Shown: piece after piece, positions 26,601 through 39,400 of the stretch
Layout: each line of letters starts with the position of its first letter
How positions within the stretch are numbered: position 1 is the stretch's first letter
Origin: the human T2T-CHM13v2.0 reference genome, Homo sapiens
Length of the DNA stretch: 64,000 bases
NCBI RefSeq assembly: GCF_009914755.1
Contig: NC_060944.1
Direction: 5' to 3' (one strand)
Position numbers and translations under genes: made by a program
The notes under the pieces: model-generated
Told to the model about the DNA's origin: nothing
Database searches by the model: none
What the model saw: the letters and a program-made list of their open reading frames with translations, nothing else

Positions 26601-29600
26601 GCAGCGCTTTCAGGTCTACGGTGAAAAAGGAGATATCTTCCAATAAAAACTAGATAGAAGCAATGTCAGAACTTTTTTCATGATGTATCTACTCAGCAAA
26701 CAGAGTTGAACCTTTCTTTTCAGAGAGCATTTTTGAAACACTCTTTTTGTGGAATATGCAAGTGGGTATTAGGCCAGCTTGGAGGATTTCGTTGGAAACG
26801 GGAATACGTATAAAAAGCAGACAGCAGCATTGTCAGAAACTACTTTGTGATGTTTGCATTCAAGTCACAGAATTGAACACTCCCTTTCACAGAGCAGGTT
26901 TGAAACACTCTTTTTGTAGTGTCTGTAAGTGAACATTTGGATTGCTTTCAGGCCTAAGGTGAAAAAGGAAATATCTTCCCATAAAAACTAGACAGAAGCA
27001 TTCTCAGAAACTTGTTTGTGATGTGTGCCCTCTACTGACAGAGTTGAACCTTTCTTTGCAAAGAGCAGTTTTAAAACACCCTTTTTGTAGAATCTGCAAG
27101 AGGATATTTGGATAGCTTTGAGGATTTCTTGGGAAACGGGAATGTCTTCAGATAAACTCTAGACAGAAGCATTCTCAGAAACTTCTTTGAGATGTTTCAA
27201 TTGAAGTCACAGTGTTGAACATTCCCTTTCACAGAGCAGGTATGAAACACTCTTTTTGTAGTGTCTATAAGTGAACATTTGGCGTGCTTTCAGGCCTAAC
27301 GTGAAAAAGGAAATATCTTCCCATAAGAACTAGACAGAAGCATTCTCAGAAACTTGTTTGTGATGTGTGCCCTCTACTGACAGAGTTGAACCTTTCCTTG
27401 CAAAGAGCAGCTTTGACACACTCTTTTTGTAGAATCTGCAAGAGGCTATTTGGATAGCTTTGAGGATTTCGTTGGAAACGGGTATGTCTTCAGATAAACT
27501 CTAGACAGAAGCATTCTCAGAAACTTCTTTGAGATGTTGCATTCAAGTCACAGAGTAGAACATTCCCATTCATAGAGCAGATTTGAAACACTCTTTTTGT
27601 AGTATCTGAAAGTGGACATTTGGAGCGCTTTCAGGCCTATGATGAAAAAGGAAATATCTTCCCATAAAAACTAGACGGAAGCATTCTCAGAAACTTACTT
27701 GTGATGTGTTTGCTCAACTAACAGAATTGAACCATCGTTTTGAAGGAGCAGTTTTGAAACACTGTTTTCGTGGAATCTGCAAGTGGATATTTGGCTAGCT
27801 TTGAGGATTTCGTTGGAAACGGGATTACATATAAAAAGGAGACAGCAGCATTCTCAGAAACTTCTTTGTGATGTCTGCATTCAAGTCACAGAGTTGAGCA
27901 TTCCCTTTCATGGAGCAGGTTTGAAACACTCTTTTTGTAGTATCTGGATGAGGACATTTGGAGCGCTTTCAGGCGTATGGTGAAAAAGGAAATATCTTCC
28001 CGTAAAAACTAGACAGAAGCATTCTCAGAAATTTATTTGTGATGTGTGCCCTCAACTAACAGAGTTGAACCTTTCTTTTGATAGAGCAGTTTTGAAACAC
28101 TCTTTTTGTAAAATCTGCAAGAGGATATTTGGATGGCTTTGAGGATTTCGTTGCAAACGGGAATGGCTTCATATAAACTCTAGACAGAAGCATTCTCAGA
28201 AACTTCGTTGGGATGTTTCGATTGAAGTCCCAGTGTTGAACATTCCCTTTTATAGCGCAGGTTGGAAACACTCTTTTTGCATTCCCTGGAAGTGGACATT
28301 TGGAGCGCTTTCAGGACGACGGTGAAAATGGAAATATCTTCCAATAAAATCTAGATAGAAGCAATGTCAGAAACTTTTATGTAATGGATCTACTCAGCTA
28401 ACAGAGTTGAACCTTTCTTTTGAGAGAGCAGTTTTGCAACACTCTTTTTGTGGAATATGCAAGTGGATATTAGGGCAGCTTTGAGGATTTCGTTGGAAAC
28501 GGGAATACATGTAAAAAGCAGACAGCAGCATTCTCAGAAACTTCTTTGTGATGTTTGCATTGAAGTCACAGAGTTGAACATTCCCTTTGAGAGAGCAGGT
28601 TTGAAACACGCCTTTTGTCATATCTGGAAGTGTCCATTCGGAGCGCATTCAGGCTTGTGTTGAAAAAGGAAATATCCTCCCATAAAAACTAGACAGAAGC
28701 ATTCTCAGAAACTTATTTGTGATGTATGTACTCAACTAACAGAACTAAACCATCGTTTTGAAGGAGCAGTTTTGAAACACCCTTTTTGCGGAATGTGCAA
28801 CTGGATATTTGGCTAGCTTGGAGGATTTCGTTGGAAACGGGATTACATACAAAAAGCAGACAGCAGCATTCTCAGAAACTTCTTTGTGATGTTTGCATTC
28901 AAGTCGCAGAGTTGAACATTCCCTTTCATAGAGCAGGTTTGAAACACTCTTTTTGTAGTATCTGGATGTGGACATTTGGATCGCTTTCAGGCCTATGGTG
29001 AAAAAGGAAATATCTTCCCATGAAAACTAGACAGAAGCATTCTCAGAAACTTATTTGTGATGTGTGCCCTCAACTGACAGTGTTGAACCTTTGTTTTGAT
29101 AGAGCAGTTCTGAAACACACTTTTTGTAAAATCTGCAAGAGGATATTTGGATAGCTTTGAGGATTTCGTTGGAAACGGGAATGTCTTCATGTAAACTCTA
29201 GACAGAAGCATTCTCAGAAACTGCTTTGGGATGTTTCAATTGAAGTCCCAGTGTTGAACATTCCCTTTCATAGAGCAGGTTTGAAACACTCTTTTTGTAG
29301 TATCTGGAAGTGGACATTTGCAGCGCTTTCAGGTCTACGGTGAAAAAGGAGATATCTTCCAATAAAAACTAGATAGAAGCAATGTCAGAACTTTTTTCAT
29401 GATGTATCTACTCAGCAAACAGAGTTGAACCTTTCTTTTCAGAGAGCATTTTTGAAACACTCTTTTTGTGGAATATGCAAGTGGGTATTAGGCCAGCTTG
29501 GAGGATTTCGTTGGAAACGGGAATACGTATAAAAAGCAGACAGCAGCATTGTCAGAAACTACTTTGTGATGTTTGCATTCAAGTCACAGAATTGAACACT

Positions 29601-32098
29601 CCCTTTCACAGAGCAGGTTTGAAACACTCTTTTTGTAGTGTCTGTAAGTGAACATTTGGATTGCTTTCAGGCCTAAGGTGAAAAAGGAAATATCTTCCCA
29701 TAAAAACTAGACAGAAGCATTCTCAGAAACTTGTTTGTGATGTGTGCCCTCTACTGACAGAGTTGAACCTTTCTTTGCAAAGAGCAGTTTTGAAACACCC
29801 TTTTTGTAGAATCTGCAAGAGGATATTTGGATAGCTTTGAGGATTTCTTGGGAAACGGGAATGTCTTCAGATAAACTCTAGACAGAAGCATTCTCAGAAA
29901 CTTCTTTGAGATGTTTCAATTGAAGTCACAGTGTTGAACATTCCCTTTCACAGAGCAGGTTTGAAACACTCTTTTTGTAGTGTCTATAAGTGAACATTTG
30001 GCGTGCTTTCAGGCCTAACGTGAAAAAGGAAATATCTTCCCATAAGAACTAGACAGAAGCATTCTCAGAAACTTGTTTGTGATGTGTGCCCTCTACTGAC
30101 AGAGTTGAACCTTTCCTTGCAAAGAGCAGCTTTGACACACTCTTTTTGTAGAATCTGCAAGAGGCTATTTGGATAGCTTTGAGGATTTCGTTGGAAACGG
30201 GTATGTCTTCAGATAAACTCTAGACAGAAGCATTCTCAGAAACTTCTTTGAGATGTTGCATTCAAGTCACAGAGTAGAACATTCCCATTCATAGGGCAGA
30301 TTTGAAACACTCTTTTTGTAGTATCTGAAAGTGGACATTTGGAGCGCTTTCAGGCCTATGATGAAAAAGGAAATATCTTCCCATAAAAACTAGACGGAAG
30401 CATTCTCAGAAACTTACTTGTGATGTGTTTGCTCAACTAACAGAATTGAACCATCGTTTTGAAGGAGCAGTTTTGAAACACTGTTTTCGTGGAATCTGCA
30501 AGTGGATATTTGGCTAGCTTTGAGGATTTCGTTGGAAACGGGATTACATATAAAAAGGAGACAGCATTATTCTCAGAAACTTCTTTGTGATGTCTGCATT
30601 CAAGTCACAGAGTTGAGCATTCCCTTTCATGGAGCAGGTTTGAAACACTCTTTTTGTAGTATCTGGATGAGGACATTTGGAGCGCTTTCAGGCGTATGGT
30701 GAAAAAGGAAATATCTTCCCGTAAAAACTAGACAGAAGCATTCTCAGAAATTTATTTGTGATGTGTGCCCTCAACTAACAGAGTTGAACCTTTCTTTTGA
30801 TAGAGCAGTTTTGAAACACTCTTTTTGTAAAATCTGCAAGAGGATATTTGGATGGCTTTGAGGATTTCGTTGCAAACGGGAATGGCTTCATATAAACTCT
30901 AGACAGAAGCATTCTCAGAAACTTCGTTGGGATGTTTCGATTGAAGTCCCAGTGTTGAACATTCCCTTTTACAGCGCAGGTTGGAAACACTCTTTTTGCA
31001 TTCCCTGGAAGTGGACATTTGGAGCGCTTTCAGGACGACGGTGAAAATGGAAATATCTTCCAATAAAATCTAGATAGAAGCAATGTGAGAAACTTTTATG
31101 TGATGGATCTACTCAGCTAACAGAGTTGAACCTTTCTTTTGAGAGAGCAGTTTTGCAACACTCTTTTTGTGGAATATGCAAGTGGATATTAGGGCAGCTT
31201 TGAGGATTTCGTTGGAAACGGGAATACATGTAAAAAGCAGACAGCAGCATTCTCAGAAACTTCTTTGTGATGTTTGCATTGAAGTCACAGAGTTGAACAT
31301 TCCCTTTGAGAGAGCAGGTTTGAAACACGCCTTTTGTCATATCTGGAAGTGTCCATTCGGAGCGCATTCAGGCTTGTGTTGAAAAAGGAAATATCCTCCC
31401 ATAAAAACTAGACAGAAGCATTCTCAGAAACTTATTTGTGATGTATGTACTCAACTAACAGAACTAAACCATCGTTTTGAAGGAGCAGTTTTGAAACACC
31501 CTTTTTGCGGAATCTGCAACTGGATATTTGGCTAGCTTGGAGGATTTCGTTGGAAACGGGATTACATACAAAAAGCAGACAGCAGCATTCTCAGAAACTT
31601 CTTTGTGATGTTTGCATTCAAGTCGCAGAGTTGAACATTCCCTTTCATAGAGCAGGTTTGAAACACTCTTTTTGTAGTATCTGGATGTGGACATTTGGAT
31701 CGCTTTCAGGCCTATGGTGAAAAAGGAAATATCTTCCCATGAAAACTAGACAGAAGCATTCTCAGAAACTTATTTGTGATGTGTGCCCTCAACTGACAGT
31801 GTTGAACCTTTGTTTTGATAGAGCAGTTCTGAAACACACTTTTTGTAAAATCTGCAAGAGGATATTTGGATAGCTTTGAGGATTTCGTTGGAAACGGGAA
31901 TGTCTTCATGTAAACTCTAGACAGAAGCATTCTCAGAAAATGCTTTGGGATGTTTCAATTGAAGTCCCAGTGTTGAACATTCCCTTTCATAGAGCAGGTT
32001 TGAAACACTCTTTTTGTACTATCTGGAAGTGGACATTTGGAGCGCTTTCAGGTCTACGGTGAAAAAGGAGATATCTTCCAATAAAAACTAGATAGAAG

Positions 32099-33457
32099 CA
32101 ATGTCAGAACTTTTTTCATGATGTATCTACTCAGCAAACAGAGTTGAACCTTTCTTTTGATAGAGCAGTTTAAAACACTCTTTTTGTAAAATCTGCAAGA
32201 GGATATTTGGATGGCTTTGAGGATTTCGTTGCAAACGGGAATGGCTTCATATAAACTCTAGACAGAAGCATTCTCAGAAACTTCGTTGGGATGTTTCGAT
32301 TGAAGTCCCAGTGTTGAACATTCCCTTTTATAGCGCAGGTTGGAAACACTCTTTCTGCATTCCTTGGAAGTGGACATTTGGAGCGCTTTCAGGACGACGG
32401 TGAAAATGGAAATATCTTCCAATAAAATCTAGATAGAAGCAATGTGAGAAACTTTTATGTGATGGATCTACTCAGCTAACAGAGTTGAACCTTTCTTTTG
32501 AGAGAGCAGTTTTGCAACACTCTTTTTGTGGAATATGCAAGTGGATATTAGGGCAGCTTTGAGGATTTCGTTGGAAACGGGAATACATGTAAAAAGCAGA
32601 CAGCAGCATTCTCAGAAACTTCTTTGTGATGTTTGCATTGAAGTCACAGAGTTGAACATTCCCTTTGAGAGAGCAGGTTTGAAACACGCCTTTTGTCATA
32701 TCTGGAAGTGTCCATTCGGAGCGCATTCAGGCTTGTGTTGAAAAAGGAAATATCCTCCCATAAAAACTAGACAGAAGCATTCTCAGAAACTTATTTGTGA
32801 TGTATGTACTCAACTAACAGAACTAAACCATCGTTTTGAAGGAGCAGTTTTGAAACACCCTTTTTGCGGAATCTGCAACTGGATATTTGGCTAGCTTGGA
32901 GGATTTCGTTGGAAACGGGATTACATACAAAAAGCAGACAGCAGCATTCTCAGAAACTTCTTTGTGATGTTTGCATTCAAGTCGCAGAGTTGAACATTCC
33001 CTTTCATAGAGCAGGTTTGAAACACTCTTTTTGTAGTATCTGGATGTGGACATTTGGATCGCTTTCAGGCCTATGGTGAAAAAGGAAATATCTTCCCATG
33101 AAAACTAGACAGAAGCATTCTCAGAAACTTATTTGTGATGTGTGCCCTCAACTGACAGTGTTGAACCTTTGTTTTGATAGAGCAGTTCTGAAACACACTT
33201 TTTGTAAAATCTGCAAGAGGATATTTGGATAGCTTTGAGGATTTCGTTGGAAACGGGAATGTCTTCATGTAAACTCTAGACAGAAGCATTCTCAGAAACT
33301 GCTTTGGGATGTTTCAATTGAAGTCCCAGTGTTGAACATTCCCTTTCATAGAGCAGGTTTGAAACACTCTTTTTGTAGTATCTGGAAGTGGACATTTGGA
33401 GCGCTTTCAGGTCTACGGTGAAAAAGGAGATATCTTCCAATAAAAACTAGATAGAAG
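32099..33457 (+). repeat. 8-mer HOR structural variant (hybrid m13/m5 + m6-m12), 1359 bp
   Basis: ORF period drops to 1359 (31113 to 32472). The monomer at 32099 starts as m13 (CAATGTCAGAACTTTTTTCATG) and ends as m5 (GGATGGCTTTGAGGATTTCGTTGCAAACGGGAATGG). Confidence 0.93.
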
Positions 33458-36400
33458 CAATGTCAGAACTTTTTTCATGATGTATCTACTCAGCAAACAG
33501 AGTTGAACCTTTCTTTTGAGAGAGCAGTTTTGAAACACTCTTTTTGTGGAATATGCAAGTGGGTATTAGGCCAGCTTGGAGGATTTCGTTGGAAACGGGA
33601 ATACGTATAAAAAGCAGACAGCAGCATTGTCAGAAACTACTTTGTGATGTTTGCATTCAAGTCACAGAATTGAACACTCCCTTTCACAGAGCAGGTTTGA
33701 AACACTCTTTTTGTAGTGTCTGTAAGTGAACATTTGGATTGCTTTCAGGCCTAAGGTGAAAAAGGAAATATCTTCCCATAAAAACTAGACAGAAGCATTC
33801 TCAGAAACTTGTTTGTGATGTGTGCCCTCTACTGACAGAGTTGAACCTTTCTTTGCAAAGAGCAGTTTTAAAACACCCTTTTTGTAGAATCTGCAAGAGG
33901 ATATTTGGATAGCTTTGAGGATTTCTTGGGAAACGGGAATGTCTTCAGATAAACTCTAGACAGAAGCATTCTCAGAAACTTCTTTGAGATGTTTCAATTG
34001 AAGTCACAGTGTTGAACATTCCCTTTCACAGAGCAGGTATGAAACACTCTTTTTGTAGTGTCTATAAGTGAACATTTGGCGTGCTTTCAGGCCTAACGTG
34101 AAAAAGGAAATATCTTCCCATAAGAACTAGACAGAAGCATTCTCAGAAACTTGTTTGTGATGTGTGCCCTCTACTGACAGAGTTGAACCTTTCCTTGCAA
34201 AGAGCAGCTTTGACACACTCTTTTTGTAGAATCTGCAAGAGGCTATTTGGATAGCTTTGAGGATTTCGTTGGAAACGGGTATGTCTTCAGATAAACTCTA
34301 GACAGAAGCATTCTCAGAAACTTCTTTGAGATGTTGCATTCAAGTCACAGAGTAGAACATTCCCATTCATAGAGCAGATTTGAAACACTCTTTTTGTAGT
34401 ATCTGAAAGTGGACATTTGGAGCGCTTTCAGGCCTATGATGAAAGAGGAAATATCTTCCCATAAAAACTAAACGAAGCATTCTCAGAAACTTACTTGTGA
34501 TGTGTTTGCTCAACTAACAGAATTGAACCATCGTTTTGAAGGAGCAGTTTTGAAACACTGTTTTCGTGGAATCTGCAAGTGGATATTTGGCTAGCTTTGA
34601 GGATTTCGTTGGAAACGGGATTACATATAAAAAGGAGACAGCAGCATTCTCAGAAACTTCTTTGTGATGTCTGCATTCAAGTCACAGAGTTGAGCATTCC
34701 CTTTCATGGAGCAGGTTTGAAACACTCTTTTTGTAGTATCTAGATGAGGACATTTGGAGCGCTTTCAGGCGTATGGTGAAAAAGGAAATATCTTCCCGTA
34801 AAAACTAGACAGAAGCATTCTCAGAAATTTATTTGTGATGTGTGCCCTCAACTAACAGAGTTGAACCTTTCTTTTGATAGAGCAGTTTTGAAACACTCTT
34901 TTGGTAAAATCTGCAAGAGGATATTTGGATGGCTTTGAGGATTTCGTTGCAAACGGGAATGGCTTCATATAAACTCTAGACAGAAGCATTCTCAGAAACT
35001 TCGTTGGGATGTTTCGATTGAAGTCCCAGTGTTGAACATTCCCTTTTATAGCGCAGGTTGGAAACACTCTTTTTGCATTCCCTGGAAGTGGACATTTGGA
35101 GCGCTTTCAGGACGACGGTGAAAATGGAAATATCTTCCAATAAAATCTAGATAGAAGCAATGTCAGAAACTTTTATGTGATGGATCTACTCAGCTAACAG
35201 AGTTGAACCTTTCTTTTGAGAGAGCAGTTTTGCAACACTCTTTTTGTGGAATATGCAAGTGGATATTAGGGCAGCTTTGAGGATTTCGTTGGAAACGGGA
35301 ATACATGTAAAAAGCAGACAGCAGCATTCTCAGAAACTTCTTTGTGATGTTTGCATTGAAGTCACAGAGTTGAACATTCCCTTTGAGAGAGCAGGTTTGA
35401 AACACGCCTTTTGTCATATCTGGAAGTGTCCATTTGGAGCGCATTCAGGCTTGTGTTGAAAAAGGAAATATCCTCCCATAAAAACTAGACAGAAGCATTC
35501 TCAGAAACTTATTTGTGATGTATGTACTCAACTAACAGAACTAAACCATCGTTTTGAAGGAGCAGTTTTGAAACACCCTTTTTGCGGAATCTGCAACTGG
35601 ATATTTGGCTAGCTTGGAGGATTTCGTTGGAAACGGGATTACGTACAAAAAGCAGACAGCAGAATTCTCAGAAACTTCTTTGTGATGTTTGCATTCAAGT
35701 CGCAGAGTTGAACATTCCCTTTCATAGAGCAGGTTTGAAACACTCTTTTTGTAGTATCTGGATGTGGACATTTGGATCGCTTTCAGGCCTATGGTGAAAA
35801 AGGAAATATCTTCCCATGAAAACTAGACAGAAGCATTCTCAGAAACTTATTTGTGATGTGTGCCCTCAACTGACAGTGTTGAACCTTTGTTTTGATAGAG
35901 CAGTTCTGAAACACACTTTTTGTAAAATCTGCAAGAGGATATTTGGATAGCTTTGGGGATTTCGTTGGAAACGGGAATGTCTTCATGTAAACTCTAGACA
36001 GAAGCATTCTCAGAAACTGCTTTGGGATGTTTCAATTGAAGTCCCAGTGTTGAACATTCCCTTTCATAGAGCAGGTTTGAAACACTCTTTTTGTAGTATC
36101 TGGAAGTGGACATTTGGAGCGCTTTCAGGTCTACGGTGAAAAAGGAGATATCTTCCAATAAAAACTAGATAGAAGCAATGTCAGAACTTTTTTCATGATG
36201 TATCTACTCAGCAAACAGAGTTGAACCTTTCTTTTGAGAGAGCAGTTTTGAAACACTCTTTTTGTGGAATATGCAAGTGGGTATTAGGCCAGCTTGGAGG
36301 ATTTCGTTGGAAACGGGAATACGTATAAAAAGCAGACAGCAGCATTGTCAGAAACTACTTTGTGATGTTTGCATTCAAGTCACAGAATTGAACACTCCCT

Positions 36401-39400
36401 TTCACAGAGCAGGTTTGAAACACTCTTTTTGTAGTGTCTGTAAGTGAACATTTGGATTGCTTTCAGGCCTAAGGTGAAAAAGGAAATATCTTCCCATAAA
36501 AACTAGACAGAAGCATTCTCAGAAACTTGTTTGTGATGTGTGCCCTCTACTGACAGAGTTGAACCTTTCTTTGCAAAGAGCAGTTTTAAAACACCCTTTT
36601 TGTAGAATCTGCAAGAGGATATTTGGATAGCTTTGAGGATTTCTTGGGAAACGGGAATGTCTTCAGATAAACTCTAGACAGAAGCATTCTCAGAAACTTC
36701 TTTGAGATGTTTCAATTGAAGTCACAGTGTTGAACATTCCCTTTCACAGAGCAGGTATGAAACACTCTTTTTGTAGTGTCTATAAGTGAACATTTGGCGT
36801 GCTTTCAGGCCTAACGTGAAAAAGGAAATATCTTCCCATAAGAACTAGACAGAAGCATTCTCAGAAACTTGTTTGTGATGTGTGCCCTCTACTGACAGAG
36901 TTGAACCTTTCCTTGCAAAGAGCAGCTTTGACACACTCTTTTTGTAGAATCTGCAAGAGGCTATTTGGATAGCTTTGAGGATTTCGTTGGAAACGGGTAT
37001 GTCTTCAGATAAACTCTAGACAGAAGCATTCTCAGAAACTTCTTTGAGATGTTGCATTCAAGTCACAGAGTAGAACATTCCCATTCATAGAGCAGATTTG
37101 AAACACTCTTTTTGTAGTATCTGAAAGTGGACATTTGGAGCGCTTTCAGGCCTATGATGAAAAAGGAAATATCTTCCCATAAAAACTAGACGGAAGCATT
37201 CTCAGAAACTTACTTGTGATGTGTTTGCTCAACTAACAGAATTGAACCATCGTTTTGAAGGAGCAGTTTTGAAACACTGTTTTCGTGGAATCTGCAAGTG
37301 GATATTTGGCTAGCTTTGAGGATTTCGTTGGAAACGGGATTACATATAAAAAGGAGACAGCAGCATTCTCAGAAACTTCTTTGTGATGTCTGCATTCAAG
37401 TCACAGAGTTGAGCATTCCCTTTCATGGAGCAGGTTTGAAACACTCTTTTTGTAGTATCTGGATGAGGACATTTGGAGCGCTTTCAGGCGTATGGTGAAA
37501 AAGGAAATATCTTCCCGTAAAAACTAGACAGAAGCATTCTCAGAAGTTTATTTGTGATGTGTGCCCTCAACTAACAGAGTTGAACCTTTCTTTTGATAGA
37601 GCAGTTTTGAAACACTCTTTTTGTAAAATCTGCAAGAGGATATTTGGATGGCTTTGAGGATTTCGTTGCAAACGGGAATGGCTTCATATAAACTCTAGAC
37701 AGAAGCATTCTCAGAAACTTCGTTGGGATGTTTCGATTGAAGTCCCAGTGTTGAACATTCCCTTTTATAGCGCAGGTTGGAAACACTCTTTTTGCATTCA
37801 CTGGAAGTGGACATTTGGAGCGCTTTCAGGACGACGGTGAAAATGGAAATATCTTCCAATAAAATCTAGATAGAAGCAATGTCAGAAACTTTTATGTGAT
37901 GGATCTACTCAGCTAACAGAGTTGAACCTTTCTTTTGAGAGAGCAGTTTTGCAACACTCTTTTTGTGGAATATGCAAGTGGATATTAGGGCAGCTTTGAG
38001 GATTTCGTTGGAAACGGGAATACATGTAAAAAGCAGACAGCAGCATTCTCAGAAACTTCTTTGTGATGTTTGCATTGAAGTCACAGAGTTGAACATTCCC
38101 TTTGAGAGAGCAGGTTTGAAACACGCCTTTTGTCATATCTGGAAGTGTCCATTCGGAGCGCATTCAGGCTTGTGTTGAAAAAGGAAATATCCTCCCATAA
38201 AAACTAGACAGAAGCATTCTCAGAAACTTATTTGTGATGTATGTACTCAACTAACAGAACTAAACCATCGTTTTGAAGGAGCAGTTTTGAAACACCCTTT
38301 TTGCGGAATGTGCAACTGGATATTTGGCTAGCTTGGAGGATTTCGTTGGAAACGGGATTACATACAAAAAGCAGACAGCAGCATTCTCAGAAACTTCTTT
38401 GTGATGTTTGCATTCAAGTCGCAGAGTTGAACATTCCCTTTCATAGAGCAGGTTTGAAACACTCTTTTTGTAGTATCTGGATGTGGACATTTGGATCGCT
38501 TTCAGGCCTATGGTGAAAAAGGAAATATCTTCCCATGAAAACTAGACAGAAGCATTCTCAGAAACTTATTTGTGATGTGTGCCCTCAACTGACAGTGTTG
38601 AACCTTTGTTTTGATAGAGCAGTTCTGAAACACACTTTTTGTAAAATCTGCAAGAGGATATTTGGATAGCTTTGAGGATTTCGTTGGAAACGGGAATGTC
38701 TTCATGTAAACTCTAGACAGAAGCATTCTCAGAAACTGCTTTGGGATGTTTCAATTGAAGTCCCAGTGTTGAACATTCCCTTTCATAGAGCAGGTTTGAA
38801 ACACTCTTTTTGTAGTATCTGGAAGTGGACATTTGCAGCGCTTTCAGGTCTACGGTGAAAAAGGAGATATCTTCCAATAAAAACTAGATAGAAGCAATGT
38901 CAGAACTTTTTTCATGATGTATCTACTCAGCAAACAGAGTTGAACCTTTCTTTTCAGAGAGCAGTTTTGAAACACTCTTTTTGTGGAATATGCAAGTGGG
39001 TATTAGGCCAGCTTGGAGGATTTCGTTGGAAACGGGAATACGTATAAAAAGCAGACAGCAGCATTGTCAGAAACTACTTTGTGATGTTTGCATTCAAGTC
39101 ACAGAATTGAACACTCCCTTTCACAGAGCAGGTTTGAAACACTCTTTTTGTAGTGTCTGTAAGTGAACATTTGGATTGCTTTCAGGCCTAAGGTGAAAAA
39201 GGAAATATCTTCCCATAAAAACTAGACAGAAGCATTCTCAGAAACTTGTTTGTGATGTGTGCCCTCTACTGACAGAGTTGAACCTTTCTTTGCAAAGAGC
39301 AGTTTTGAAACACCCTTTTTGTAGAATCTGCAAGAGGATATTTGGATAGCTTTGAGGATTTCTTGGGAAACGGGAATGTCTTCAGATAAACTCTAGACAG

